Assembly (NCBI GenBank): GCA_021831785.1
Contig: JAKBMB010000028.1
Location: 162,620 to 226,619, forward strand
From: Deltaproteobacteria bacterium
Lineage (GTDB): Bacteria > Desulfobacterota > Binatia > Binatales > Binataceae
DNA: 64,000 nucleotides
Direction of reading: 5' to 3'
The notes beneath the pieces were generated by a model that was not told the origin of the DNA, did no database searches, and worked only from the letters and a program-made list of their open reading frames with translations. A program made the translations under genes and the position numbers. Each line of letters opens with the position of its first letter. The first letter of the stretch is position 1. Shown piece after piece: positions 38,894 through 48,413 of this stretch.

Positions 38894-40450
38894 TCAGTTC
38901 CAGCGCGGCATGTACTCGGACGTACCGTCGCGGTTGTCCTTCGCCTCCCATCCCCGCGCCTGTAGCTGCATCCGCAGCTCGTCGGACCGGCCGAAATCCT
39001 TCTTGCTCCGCGCCTGCGCGCGCTCGTCGATAAGCGCCTGGATGTCCGCGGGAACTTTCAGCCGCTTCAAGTATTCGAATTGCTCCGCCAGGCGAATTCC
39101 GAGGACCCTGTCGAACTGCTTGAGCGTGCCGCAGATGCGGCGGTCGTTGTCGCGGTATGCCTTGTTTACCATCTCGAGCACCACAGCGAGCGCTTCCGGC
39201 GTGTTCAAGTCGTCGTTGAGCGCCGCTTGAAAGCGCTCACGATAAGCTTGCGTCCAGGGGCTGTCTGCTTCTTCAACCGGCGCGCTGGCGGCAAAGCCGT
39301 AAAGGTAGTAAAGATTGCGTTCGGCGGCGCGCACGGCGTCGATGCTGAAAACCAGCTCGGATCGATACTTCGCGCTCAGACAAAAAAGCCGAAAGGCCAG
39401 CGGATTCACGCGCGCCCGGATCAGGTCTTCCAGCACCGGGAACTTCCCCGCGCTCTTGCTGATTTTGGCGCCTTCCATCCCGACGAGAAACGCGTGATGG
39501 ACAAAGTAGCGCACAAACGGCCTTCCGGTCGCGCTTTCCGACTGCGCGATCTCGTTCTCGTGATGGATCGGGACGTGGTCGATTCCGCCCGAATGGATAT
39601 CGATCGTCGCGCCCAGATACTTCATCGCCATGGCCGAGCACTCGATATGCCATCCGGGATACCCGCGACCCCACGGACTGTCCCATTGCATCAGGTGCGT
39701 CGGCTGATTGAGCACCCAGAGCGCGAAGTCATGCGGGCTCTTTTTGTCCGGCGCGTGCTCCAGGCGCTGGCCGGCGTGCTGCTCATCCAGGCTCTGGCGC
39801 GAGAGGCGGCCGCGCCGGTTTGCGCCGCGATATTTCTCGACGTCGAAGTAGACCCCGCTGTGCGCGACGTAAGCGAAGCCGCGCTCCAGGATGCGGGCGA
39901 TGAGCGCGATCATGTCGGCGATGTGATCGCTGGCGGCGCAAATGACCTCGGGCATCTCGATGTTCAACACGTTAAGGTCCGCCAGGAAAAGGTCGCGATA
40001 AAAATGGGCCACCTCTTGCGGGGAGCGCCCCTCGGCGCGCGCGGTCTTTTCGACCTTGTCTTCGCCCGCGTCTTCGTCCGAGGTCATATGGCCGACGTCG
40101 GTGATGTTCATCACGTGACGGACCGCGTAACCGTTGAACTCGAGCGCGCGCTTGAGCGTGTCGGCAAAAATGTAGCTGCGCATGTTGCCCAGATGCTGGC
40201 GCAGGTAGACCGTGGGTCCGCACGAGTAATAGGTGACCCGGTCGCGGTCAAGCGCAATAAACTCCTCAACCGAGCGGGAGAGCGAGTTGTATATGAAAAA
40301 CGGTCTCAGAGAGCTTCCTTTCAGGTTCGCGCTGCCGCCGACAAGTTGCGTGCCTGGCGGCCAAACTTGAGGTCCGGCCGCGCGCCGCTGTTCTTCGCTG
40401 CTGGTTGTAGCCGCATCTGAGACGATCGCCATACCGAAAAGCCGTTTCAA
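38894..40450 (-). CDS. cysS: cysteine--tRNA ligase
   Basis: CGPTVY, HLGNMRSY (HIGH region), zinc-site Cys, KISKS (KMSKS). Confidence 0.85.
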   Translation of the reverse strand: MKRLFGMAIVSDAATTSSEEQRRAAGPQVWPPGTQLVGGSANLKGSSLRPFFIYNSLSRSVEEFIALDRDRVTYYSCGPTVYLRQHLGNMRSYIFADTLKRALEFNGYAVRHVMNITDVGHMTSDEDAGEDKVEKTARAEGRSPQEVAHFYRDLFLADLNVLNIEMPEVICAASDHIADMIALIARILERGFAYVAHSGVYFDVEKYRGANRRGRLSRQSLDEQHAGQRLEHAPDKKSPHDFALWVLNQPTHLMQWDSPWGRGYPGWHIECSAMAMKYLGATIDIHSGGIDHVPIHHENEIAQSESATGRPFVRYFVHHAFLVGMEGAKISKSAGKFPVLEDLIRARVNPLAFRLFCLSAKYRSELVFSIDAVRAAERNLYYLYGFAASAPVEEADSPWTQAYRERFQAALNDDLNTPEALAVVLEMVNKAYRDNDRRICGTLKQFDRVLGIRLAEQFEYLKRLKVPADIQALIDERAQARSKKDFGRSDELRMQLQARGWEAKDNRDGTSEYMPRWN

Positions 40451-40495
40451 CCGACGCCGTTCTATCTTACCGGTCAGCGGCCCGCGACCGAAGAG

Positions 40496-42511
40496 ATGTT
40501 CTCAGCCGGATGCGCGCCGGCGCTTGGGCCTCAAACGAAGATGATTGGCCGGCAGTGGTGGGCTACACTGATGCTTAGGATGACGGTTCGCGTTAGGCAT
40601 TCGATCATTGGCACCGCCGGCCATATCGATCACGGCAAGAGCGCTCTGGTCAAAGCGCTTACCGGCCAGGACACCGACCGCCTCAAAGAGGAAAAGGAGC
40701 GCGGCATCTCCATCGACCTCGGCTTCGCCTACTTCACGCTGCCCAACGGCGAGCGGGTCGGCGTGGTCGATGTTCCCGGACACGAGCGGTTTATCCGCAA
40801 CATGCTCGCCGGCGCTCACGGCGTCGACCTCGCGCTGTTCGCGGTCGCGGCCGACGACGGCGTGATGCCGCAAAGCGAAGAGCACCTTGACATCCTCCAC
40901 CTGCTCGGAGTGGCGCGGGGAATCTTCGTCATCACCAAGGCCGACCTGGTCGACGAAAAGCGCCTGTCGGAGGTGAGAGAGGAAATAGAGTTGCTCGCCG
41001 AAGGGACGCGCCTGCAGGGCGCACCGGTGGCCGCGGTCTCGAGTCTCACCGGCTACGGCCTGGACGAACTCAAGGCCGAGATCGCGCGCCAACTCGAGGG
41101 CTTTGCCGGCAGGCCCACAGGCGAGCTGTTCCGGCTGCCGGTAGACCGCGCCTTTGTGATCAAGGGGCACGGCGTGGTGGTCACGGGCACGGCGATGGGC
41201 GGCGCGGTCGGCGTGGGGCAAAAGCTAAGGCTGCTGCCGTCGGCGGAATTGGTGCGAGTCCGCTCGGTCCAGGTCCATTCGACCGCGGTGGAGCGCGCCG
41301 AATCGGGCCAGCGCGTCGCGCTCAATCTAAGCGGCGGCGAGCGGGCGCTCGTCAAGCGCGGCGACGTGGTCGCCGACGAGCGCCTGGATTTAACCACCGC
41401 GCGTCTTGACGCCGTCTTTGAGGTGCGTCCGTTCGCCAAACGTCCGCTTAAGACCAACGATATGGTTCACCTGTTTCTCGGCACCACCGAGACGCTCGGG
41501 CGGGTCATCGTGCTCAACGAAGGCGGCGAGATCGCGCCCAAGCAAAGCGATTTCGTTCAGTTCGTCCTGCGCGCGCCGGTGGTCGCTCTGCGCGGGGACC
41601 GCTTCGTGGTGCGCGACGCCGCCAGTCAGCGCACTATCGGCGGCGGCGTGGTCATTAATCCGCTCGGCCGACGCTCGCGCAACCCGCCGGCGCGCTATCG
41701 CCGCCTGCTCGCGGCGCTGAACCAGAGCTCCGGCACGGCGGCAATCGCCGCGATGATCGACCTGCAGGAGGCTCTGGCGCTGGAGCCCGCGCGGATTTCG
41801 CACATCCTGAACCTTCCGCTCGCCGCGGTTCAGGCGGCGCTGACTGCCCCGGTCTTCAGTGCGGTCTCAGCCGGCGACGAAGTCGGCTTTACGACCATCG
41901 CCAAGTGGAACGACTTTAAGCGCTTCGCGCTGGAGGCGGTGGCGGCCTTCCATCAGGCGTATCCGCTCGCCGCCGGAATGGAGATGGAAGCGCTTCGCGC
42001 GCGCTCCCCGTATCAGGTCGCGCCGCGGTTGTTCCGCGCGCTGGTCGACCGGCTGGCGGGTCAGTCCGAGCTCGCGCGCAACGAGAGCATTTTGCGCCTG
42101 CGCTCTCACCGCGTCGAGCTCGCGGGCGAAGACAGCAAGCTTGCCGGCGCAATCGAGGCGGCGCTTAAGACCGCCGGCTTCCAACCACCCGATCTGCGCC
42201 AACTGGCCGAAGCGCTTAAAGCCACCGCCCAGCGGGAAGCCCGGGTTATCCAGCTCCTCGACGTGCTCGAACGCGAGCAGCGCGTGGTCAAGGTGGCCAA
42301 GGACCTCTATTTCTCGGCCGGCGCGGTGAAGGAGGCCCAAGCGCGGCTGCTCGAATATTTCAAGGCCCACAGCGAGATCAGCGCCGCGGCCTTTCGCGAC
42401 TTGCTCCAGGCCTCGCGCAAATTCGCGATCGCCCTGCTCGATTACTTCGACCACAGCGGATTTACGCTGCGCGTCGGCGACATGCGCCGCCTGCGCGCCG
42501 GCGCCGGTTGA
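40496..42511 (+). CDS. selB: selenocysteine-specific elongation factor SelB
   Basis: IIGTAGHIDHGKS, DVPGHERF, ITKADLV GTPase motifs plus long C-terminal winged-helix region; true start probably ~40571-40580. Confidence 0.85.
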   Translation: MFSAGCAPALGPQTKMIGRQWWATLMLRMTVRVRHSIIGTAGHIDHGKSALVKALTGQDTDRLKEEKERGISIDLGFAYFTLPNGERVGVVDVPGHERFIRNMLAGAHGVDLALFAVAADDGVMPQSEEHLDILHLLGVARGIFVITKADLVDEKRLSEVREEIELLAEGTRLQGAPVAAVSSLTGYGLDELKAEIARQLEGFAGRPTGELFRLPVDRAFVIKGHGVVVTGTAMGGAVGVGQKLRLLPSAELVRVRSVQVHSTAVERAESGQRVALNLSGGERALVKRGDVVADERLDLTTARLDAVFEVRPFAKRPLKTNDMVHLFLGTTETLGRVIVLNEGGEIAPKQSDFVQFVLRAPVVALRGDRFVVRDAASQRTIGGGVVINPLGRRSRNPPARYRRLLAALNQSSGTAAIAAMIDLQEALALEPARISHILNLPLAAVQAALTAPVFSAVSAGDEVGFTTIAKWNDFKRFALEAVAAFHQAYPLAAGMEMEALRARSPYQVAPRLFRALVDRLAGQSELARNESILRLRSHRVELAGEDSKLAGAIEAALKTAGFQPPDLRQLAEALKATAQREARVIQLLDVLEREQRVVKVAKDLYFSAGAVKEAQARLLEYFKAHSEISAAAFRDLLQASRKFAIALLDYFDHSGFTLRVGDMRRLRAGAG

Positions 42512-42647
42512 CTTGATGGCAAGGCGGCGTTCCGCTAGGGATTGGTTAGCGCGCGAGGTAAGGCGAGCAGCCGGACCGCCTCCGGACTCGCCCCGGGCGC
42601 TTCGGATAGGAATTGGCCGACGCGCGACGCCAACCAACTGAGACGCT

Positions 42648-43712
42648 ATGCAACCGGAGAATCGCTCACGCACGGAGTTGATCCGGCTCACCGCCCGATG
42701 CAAGGCCGCGGGTTGAGCCGGAAAGTTAGGTCCGGCGGACCTAAAGGAAGCTCTGGCAAAGCTCGACTTGGACGGCGACCCGAATCTGCTGGTGGGCGCG
42801 GCCACCGCGGACGACGCGGGCGTCTATCGTTTGAATGACGAACTCGCGATCGTGAACACTGTGGACTTCTTCACGCCGGTGGTCGACGACCCGTTCACCT
42901 TCGGCCAGATCGCGGCGGCCAACGCGCTGTCCGACGTTTACGCGATGGGCGGAACGCCCAAAACCGCGATGAACATCATGTGCTGGCCGCAGTCCGGGCT
43001 CCCCAACGAGATGTTAGCGGAGGTCATGCGCGGCGGGCTTGAAAAGGCGCGCGAGGCCGGCGTGGCGGTGGTCGGCGGTCACACCGTCGCCGATGAAGAA
43101 GTCAAATACGGGATGGCGATAACCGGAATTATCGACCCGCGCCGGATTGTGCGCAACTCCGGCGCCCGCCCGGGCGATCGGCTATTGCTCACCAAGCCGC
43201 TCGGCACCGGAATCCTGATGACAGCTTTCAAACGCGACCAACTCACGCCCGAGCAGTACGTCGCAGCCGTCGAGGCGATGACAACGCTCAACGCCGCCAG
43301 CGCCCGCGCGATGCTCAAGCATAACGCGCACGCGGCCACCGACATTACCGGCTTCGGGCTCGCCGGCCACGCCTGCCAGATGGCCGAGGCCGGCGCCGTG
43401 TGCCTGGTGCTCGAGGAGTGGTATTTGCCGCTGCTGCCCGGCGCGGTTGACTGGTGCAGAGCGCGGATGGTCCCGGGCGGCGGGCAGCGCAATCGCGAAT
43501 ACTTCGGCCCCAAGGTGCAGGTCGGCGACGAGGTCGGTGACGAGATGCTCGAACTGGTGTTCGACCCGCAAACCTCGGGCGGCCTGCTCATCGCGCTCGC
43601 CCAAGATGACGCTCACGCGCTGCTTGCGGATTTGCAAGCGCAAGGCAACGTCAGCGCAACGATAATCGGCCGGGTCGAGCCGGCCGGCGGCTTCCCGATC
43701 AAATACATCTAG
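42648..43712 (+). CDS. selD: selenide, water dikinase (selenophosphate synthetase) SelD, selenoprotein with in-frame UGA (Sec) at 42714..42716
   Basis: Upstream in-frame translation gives MQPENRSRTELIRLTARCKAAG-U-AGKLGPADL...DPNLLVG, aligning with E. coli IRLTQYSHGAGCGCK...DPNLLVG (TGA at Cys17); ATG at 42648 preceded by an in-frame stop; the ORF caller's 42768 start is a TTG artefact. Confidence 0.85.
42717..42760 (+). promoter_or_regulatory. candidate bacterial SECIS hairpin directly 3' of the SelD UGA
   Basis: gccggaaagttaggtccggcggacc contains nested inverted repeats (gccgga/tccggc, ggtcc/ggacc) starting 1 nt after the TGA. Confidence 0.4.
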
Positions 43713-43774
43713 GGTGCCGTCCCATTAATAACTTTACAAATATTGTCGGCCATCCGGGATTCTTCGCTGCGCTC

Positions 43775-43890
43775 AGAGTTTGTGAATTTTTGGCAAACCG
43801 CCGCATGCGATCGCAGGCTGCGCCCACTATGTTTATAGTGGGGCGGGCACGGCGGCCCGCCCCACTACTCAAAAATTCACCAACTCTCAG
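43775..43890. repeat. MITE/REP-like element, family A copy 3 (short variant)
   Basis: agagtttgtgaatttttg ... gtggggcgggcacggcggcccgccccac ... caaaaattcaccaactctcag. Confidence 0.8.
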
Positions 43891-43993
43891 GGTGACCTGA
43901 AAACAGCCGTCGCCGACCCTTTCGCACACGAATTTGTGACTCAGAACACCAGCGGCTTTCTAACGATGGCCCCGCTGAGCGCTGAGCGGGCCG

Positions 43994-44737
43994 TCACTCC
44001 AGGACCACTTCCTGTCCGTCCCGAGCGCATTCGAACTCCGAGTCTTTCTCGCGGCTGAGCATATCGCGGCTCATGTGAGTCAGTATAAGCCTCCCGCATT
44101 CCAGGCGCTCACGATGCGCGCGCAGTGTTGCATAGTCAAGATGGTGCTTGATCTTCCGGTCAAAGAAATACGCCTCGCAAATGAAGAGATTAGCTCCGTG
44201 AGCGGCCTCGAACAGCGCGTCCGTCCATTCCGTGTCACCGGAGTAGGCGACCACTTTGCCGCCGTACTCGATTCGCAGGGCGTAGGATGCCGCGCCGCTC
44301 GGATGCGGCACAGAAAACGGCGTGACGCGCGCCGAACCGATTTGAGATGATGTCCCTTCGCGCAATTCGATGAAGCCGGTCGCGAAGCGTCGGCTGACGC
44401 GCGACGAGCCGGGAAATAGCACCTCCATGGCAGCTTCTAGCCTTTCGCGGACGCCGAACGGGCCGGCGATTGTAAGTGGGTTAGTTCTGCGGCTGAACTG
44501 TCCGTCGAGAATTAAAAACGGCAAGCCCGCGAAATGGTCTCCATGCAGATGAGTCAACGCCACCCAGCCGATATCGGACGGGTTCACAGCCGCGCGTTTC
44601 ATCGCGATCAACGACGACGCGCCACAATCAATCAGAAGTGCATGCTCCTCCCCTTGAAGGAGAAAGCAGGTTTGGAAGCGGCCGCCGCTCCCGAACGCAT
44701 CGCCGCTGCCGAGAAATCTCATCGTAATCCGCTTCAT
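43994..44737 (-). CDS. MBL-fold metallo-hydrolase
   Basis: LTHLHGDH (HxHxDH) motif; Gly-rich N-terminal LGSGDAFGSGG; lower GC (~57%). Confidence 0.7.
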   Translation of the reverse strand: MKRITMRFLGSGDAFGSGGRFQTCFLLQGEEHALLIDCGASSLIAMKRAAVNPSDIGWVALTHLHGDHFAGLPFLILDGQFSRRTNPLTIAGPFGVRERLEAAMEVLFPGSSRVSRRFATGFIELREGTSSQIGSARVTPFSVPHPSGAASYALRIEYGGKVVAYSGDTEWTDALFEAAHGANLFICEAYFFDRKIKHHLDYATLRAHRERLECGRLILTHMSRDMLSREKDSEFECARDGQEVVLE

Positions 44738-45038
44738 TGCCCATCTCCGAGAGCCCGTGAAGTGGGGCGGGGCCCTGATTTGGAAACCAGGAAAGCAGTG
44801 TCTTTTCCAAGTCGTAATCCCAATTCGACGAAGGAGCGGGGTTATTTTTAAGATTGATGACGACCGGCGTGAGCACAGAACCTCGCTTAATTCCGTATTG
44901 GGCTAGGCCGTTCATGAAAGGCCCGCTGACGAGGTCGGACAGCAACTGACGGATGAATGAGATGATGGTCGGGTCCGACGCGTAATAATCGCCCCACAGA
45001 ATCGGCTGCACTTTCGGAAAATTCATTTTATCCACCAT
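44628..45038 (-). CDS. hypothetical protein (low-GC gene; 3' end overlaps the MBL gene in another frame)
   Basis: AGGAG SD before ATG; no recognisable motif; ~50% GC. Confidence 0.4.
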   Translation of the reverse strand: MVDKMNFPKVQPILWGDYYASDPTIISFIRQLLSDLVSGPFMNGLAQYGIKRGSVLTPVVINLKNNPAPSSNWDYDLEKTLLSWFPNQGPAPLHGLSEMGNEADYDEISRQRRCVRERRPLPNLLSPSRGGACTSD

Positions 45039-45298
45039 GCCGGACTCCTTGACAAATGGCGAAGTTTAAATCGTCCATGAAGATGGGCTGTCAGTGTCTT
45101 AGGTTTCTCACCCTTTGGGCCGAGTTCGGACGCATAGCTTGGTCGTGACTTCTTCCGCTTCGTCCATCTCGACTGTATTCACATCCTGCTCAAACGGCAT
45201 CATCGAGACCGGCCTTTAGAATCAGGCAGGCCTCTCCTCGCGTGCTTTGCTTCGACACGCAACGAGCAAGACGAGCGAGAAGTTTGTCGGCAATCCGG

Positions 45299-45718
45299 CT
45301 AAGGGCTTATCGCGAACGTTTCGAGGATTGCGCCCTCTCCGTTGACCTTCACGATCATCGCAACGCCTTTATCGACCGCCCAGAAGTCGCCCGGACGACG
45401 CGGTTCGGACTTGCCGCCGATTTGCGTCACGACATCTCCTGACTGGAGGTTGGCAATGTAGAAACCCTGCGCCGATATCTCGACCGCGCGTCCATGCCCC
45501 GCCAGATACCAGTCTTTGACCTCGACGTGAAGCGGCACAGGGCCTTTGGGCGTGGGCAAGGTTACCGGGTTCGAAAAACGCGTCGTTGTCTTCACCTCCG
45601 CAGCCGGAATTGGGTCCGCCTGTGCGGCGATGAGACGCGAGGTGGAGCCGACGATTGGCAGCGTCAAAAAGGCTGCCACGATCGCGCCGCGAAAGAGTTT
45701 TTGTTGGCCCGTCGCCAT
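45299..45718 (-). CDS. small secreted protein (paralogue of 47415..47882)
   Basis: Signal peptide after M37 (MATGQQKLFRGAIVAAFLTLPIVG); C-terminal pattern resembles the downstream small lipoprotein. Confidence 0.5.
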   Translation of the reverse strand: MATGQQKLFRGAIVAAFLTLPIVGSTSRLIAAQADPIPAAEVKTTTRFSNPVTLPTPKGPVPLHVEVKDWYLAGHGRAVEISAQGFYIANLQSGDVVTQIGGKSEPRRPGDFWAVDKGVAMIVKVNGEGAILETFAISP

Positions 45719-45734
45719 CGAGAGTCGTTCCTTA

Positions 45735-47414
45735 CTAGGGCTCAAGCTTGTAGAGGTGGCCGGCGGCGGTGCCAACGAACAAGCCGCCCAGCGCGATCGC
45801 CGCCTCACCGCGCAGCCCGGCCGCATCCGAACCGTCCGGCAGCGCCACGTCGGCGATCACCTGGGGAGCCTGCACGATGACATAGCCGGCGGCCGTGCAA
45901 TCGGAGGCCCAAGTGGGTGAGGGCGGACCGAAATCGATACTGGAGCACCGGAATCCCGGCGCCGGCGCCCCCAACACCGACGGGTCGGCGAAGGCTACGA
46001 CATGGCCCTGGTCCGTGGTTACGTATACGATCCCGCCGGTGACCGTGGGTGCGCCGATCGCGTAGCCGTTGCCGGGGCTGGCATGGGGAACGTCAACGAT
46101 CCAGCGTACGCGATGGGCCTCGTCGGGCGCACACGCATCGAGCGCGTGCATCCTCGTGTACCCGGCGACCACGCCATCGGTGACCAGCGCCTCGCCGCCG
46201 GCCTTGATTATCAGTTCGTCGCCCCAGGACGCGCCCGGCTGCTTGTAGTCGTCGTCACCGTGGCGATGCGTATCGCCGGGCGAGAAGACGCATCCCGGCC
46301 CGGCGGTTGGCGGGAATTGCCATTTGCAGCTCCCGCTGCTGGAATCCAGCGCGTAAACCCATCCGTCTTTCTCTACCGAGCCGACCAGCTCGCCGCAACT
46401 AGTGAGCATCATCGCGGGTCCCGCCGACCAGTCGGGATCCTTGTCGAGCGAGAAGGGGACGGCTCTAAAGCTCCAATTGGATGCGCCCGTTGCGGGATCG
46501 ACGCTCACCAGGCTCAGCGAGTAGTCCGGCGAGGGTTCGGGTTCGGGGCAGCCGTAGACCTCGCAGATGTTGCCGGTGGTGAAAAGAACGGCGCGGCCGT
46601 CCGTGGCGGGCGAATTCCACACGCCGCCGCCGATGAGAGTGTCTTTGGTAGAGCCAACCGCTACGAAAGAAAAAGAAGTCAGATGGCCCTTATTCGCATC
46701 GACCGCCATCACCTTGCCCTTCTGAACCGGGTCGTCACCGGCGTCATGAACTCCCACATAAACGTTGCCAAAGGCCACCAGGGGCGAGGAGTAGGTAATC
46801 CGCTCGTGGAGTTGGGAGCTCGCACTGCAGTTCACGTGCGCCACTACGTCGCTCTTCCAGATAAGCGCGCCGGAGGAAGCGTTGAGCGCCCACAACCGGG
46901 CGCTGCCGACGCCTCCGTCGGTCCCCGGGTCAGGGTCGGGCGCGCCAAAAACTACGGCATCCTGGCCCCCGATGCTGAGATAGGAGGCGCTCGATTGAAT
47001 GCCGTACTGACCCCAAGAGCCGTTGCCGCCCTGTGTGCACGTGCCGTTAAGGGCCGGGCCTGTCGGCGGAAACTTCCAGAGCTGATGCCCGCTTCCCGCG
47101 TCGATCGCATAGAAGTATCCGTTCGTGGTGCCGACAAAAACGGCCTTGTTGAAGACGATCGGCGAGGCGCGAAAGGCTCCTCCTTCCGCCGGAGTGAAGG
47201 CCCATCCTGGGACAACGTGGAGGGTCTTCACTTTGGATGGGTCGGTGAGCGAGCTTCCCAGTAGCTGTGAGCCGAAACGCCCAGGATAATCGCGATAATT
47301 GAGCCATTGAGGCGCAGGAGGGTTGCATCCCACGCAACTCGTCATGTTGGTACACGCGCCAAGGGCCATCGCCACAATCACCGCGCCTAATGAGGGGTTC
47401 ACGCGGGACATCAT
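45735..47414 (-). CDS. PQQ-like beta-propeller repeat lipoprotein (BamB-like fold), Cys-rich
   Basis: Lipobox LGAC; repeated G-x-[VF]-Y-A-[LI]-D-x-x-[ST]-G-x-x-x-W-[KQ] motifs (GYFYAIDAGSGHQLWKF, RLWALNASSGALIWKS, GWVYALDSSSGSCKWQF). Confidence 0.7.
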   Translation of the reverse strand: MMSRVNPSLGAVIVAMALGACTNMTSCVGCNPPAPQWLNYRDYPGRFGSQLLGSSLTDPSKVKTLHVVPGWAFTPAEGGAFRASPIVFNKAVFVGTTNGYFYAIDAGSGHQLWKFPPTGPALNGTCTQGGNGSWGQYGIQSSASYLSIGGQDAVVFGAPDPDPGTDGGVGSARLWALNASSGALIWKSDVVAHVNCSASSQLHERITYSSPLVAFGNVYVGVHDAGDDPVQKGKVMAVDANKGHLTSFSFVAVGSTKDTLIGGGVWNSPATDGRAVLFTTGNICEVYGCPEPEPSPDYSLSLVSVDPATGASNWSFRAVPFSLDKDPDWSAGPAMMLTSCGELVGSVEKDGWVYALDSSSGSCKWQFPPTAGPGCVFSPGDTHRHGDDDYKQPGASWGDELIIKAGGEALVTDGVVAGYTRMHALDACAPDEAHRVRWIVDVPHASPGNGYAIGAPTVTGGIVYVTTDQGHVVAFADPSVLGAPAPGFRCSSIDFGPPSPTWASDCTAAGYVIVQAPQVIADVALPDGSDAAGLRGEAAIALGGLFVGTAAGHLYKLEP

Positions 47415-47882
47415 CTATTTAGCCTCGATCAGGTAGAGGCGCATAATCACCGGACGTGCGCCGGGGTTCTCGAACTTAATTACCTGACCCTTGGCCACGG
47501 AGTTCATCGTGCCGGGGCTAAGGAACTCCCCCGCCTTGCCAAGCCCTATCTTTCCCGCCCCGGGGTACACCTCCACCAGGGCGGGACCGGAAAGCGGATC
47601 CAGCTCGCCTTTGGCGTGCGGCGGAACCAAAATGTCACGAATCTCGATCCGGGAGCTTGACGGGCCGGAGGTCGTAAAGACCGTGCGTAAGTAAACGTTG
47701 CCGCGTTCGCGATGGAACGGGTGCTCGGGGGCTCTGCCCGCGTACTCAAGCGGTCCGGGCGGCGGCGGAGGCAGCGGACCGTGGGCGACGAACGCCTGAG
47801 GAGGTGCCCGCCGACACGCGATCAGTACACTGCCGGCGGTAAGTGCCGCCGCAAGCGCTACCAGCGAGAGAAGACTTCTCAT
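47415..47882 (-). CDS. small secreted/lipoprotein (paralogue of 45299..45718)
   Basis: MRSLLSLVALAAALTAGSVLIAC signal/lipobox; shared C-terminal pattern (G.V..I.......P......V). Confidence 0.5.
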   Translation of the reverse strand: MRSLLSLVALAAALTAGSVLIACRRAPPQAFVAHGPLPPPPPGPLEYAGRAPEHPFHRERGNVYLRTVFTTSGPSSSRIEIRDILVPPHAKGELDPLSGPALVEVYPGAGKIGLGKAGEFLSPGTMNSVAKGQVIKFENPGARPVIMRLYLIEAK

Positions 47883-48413
47883 CCTGCCGTCTCTGCACAC
47901 GGCGGGTCGGCCACGCGCGGAGTGAACCGAAGCGAAAGATCCGTGTTGACGTTGCAACCTGCGCGACCCGTAGCACGCCTACACCCCAGTGTCAACCGCC
48001 GGTACTCGTTCATTACATGGGTGCCACCGATGCTTCTGGACGAGTTCACCTCCCAACCGCCGTCAAAATCCGGTCGGTCTTGCGCTCCACTTATGCGCTT
48101 GGCGCCAGCAACATTGCGATCCCGTGGCGATCCCGCGCAGCATGGAGCTGGCCAGCCGCCGCCCCAGATAGCCCGAGCTACCTCGTTTGCTTGGACGCTG
48201 CTGAGCTTGCGTAAAGGTGTTTTGCTGTTGAATCCTTTCGTAGTCTATCGGTGAACGACAGTCGCGGGTGGCGGGGGATGGAGGCCGCTAAAAGACCTCG
48301 GCGCGGTGGCGCCAAAGGGAGGGGCCGCCGGTTTGCCCGCTCGGGCATGCGTTTTGCCCGGTTGCGCCGAACGCAATTTTCCGTCTAGAATCGCTAAAAA
48401 GGGAGATTTTTAG

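Noticed and set aside
42512-42647. Searched the selB-selD spacer (and the whole window) for tRNA-Sec (selC)
   Set aside because: No T-loop (GGTTCGA-like) or long extra-arm cloverleaf found. The spacer contains only a GC-rich hairpin (ggcgag...ccgga..tccgg..ctcgcc), more likely a terminator/attenuator.
44020-44050. GGAGTTCGAATG (T-loop-like) on the minus strand inside the MBL gene
   Set aside because: No surrounding acceptor/anticodon stems; lies within a well-supported coding region; coincidental.
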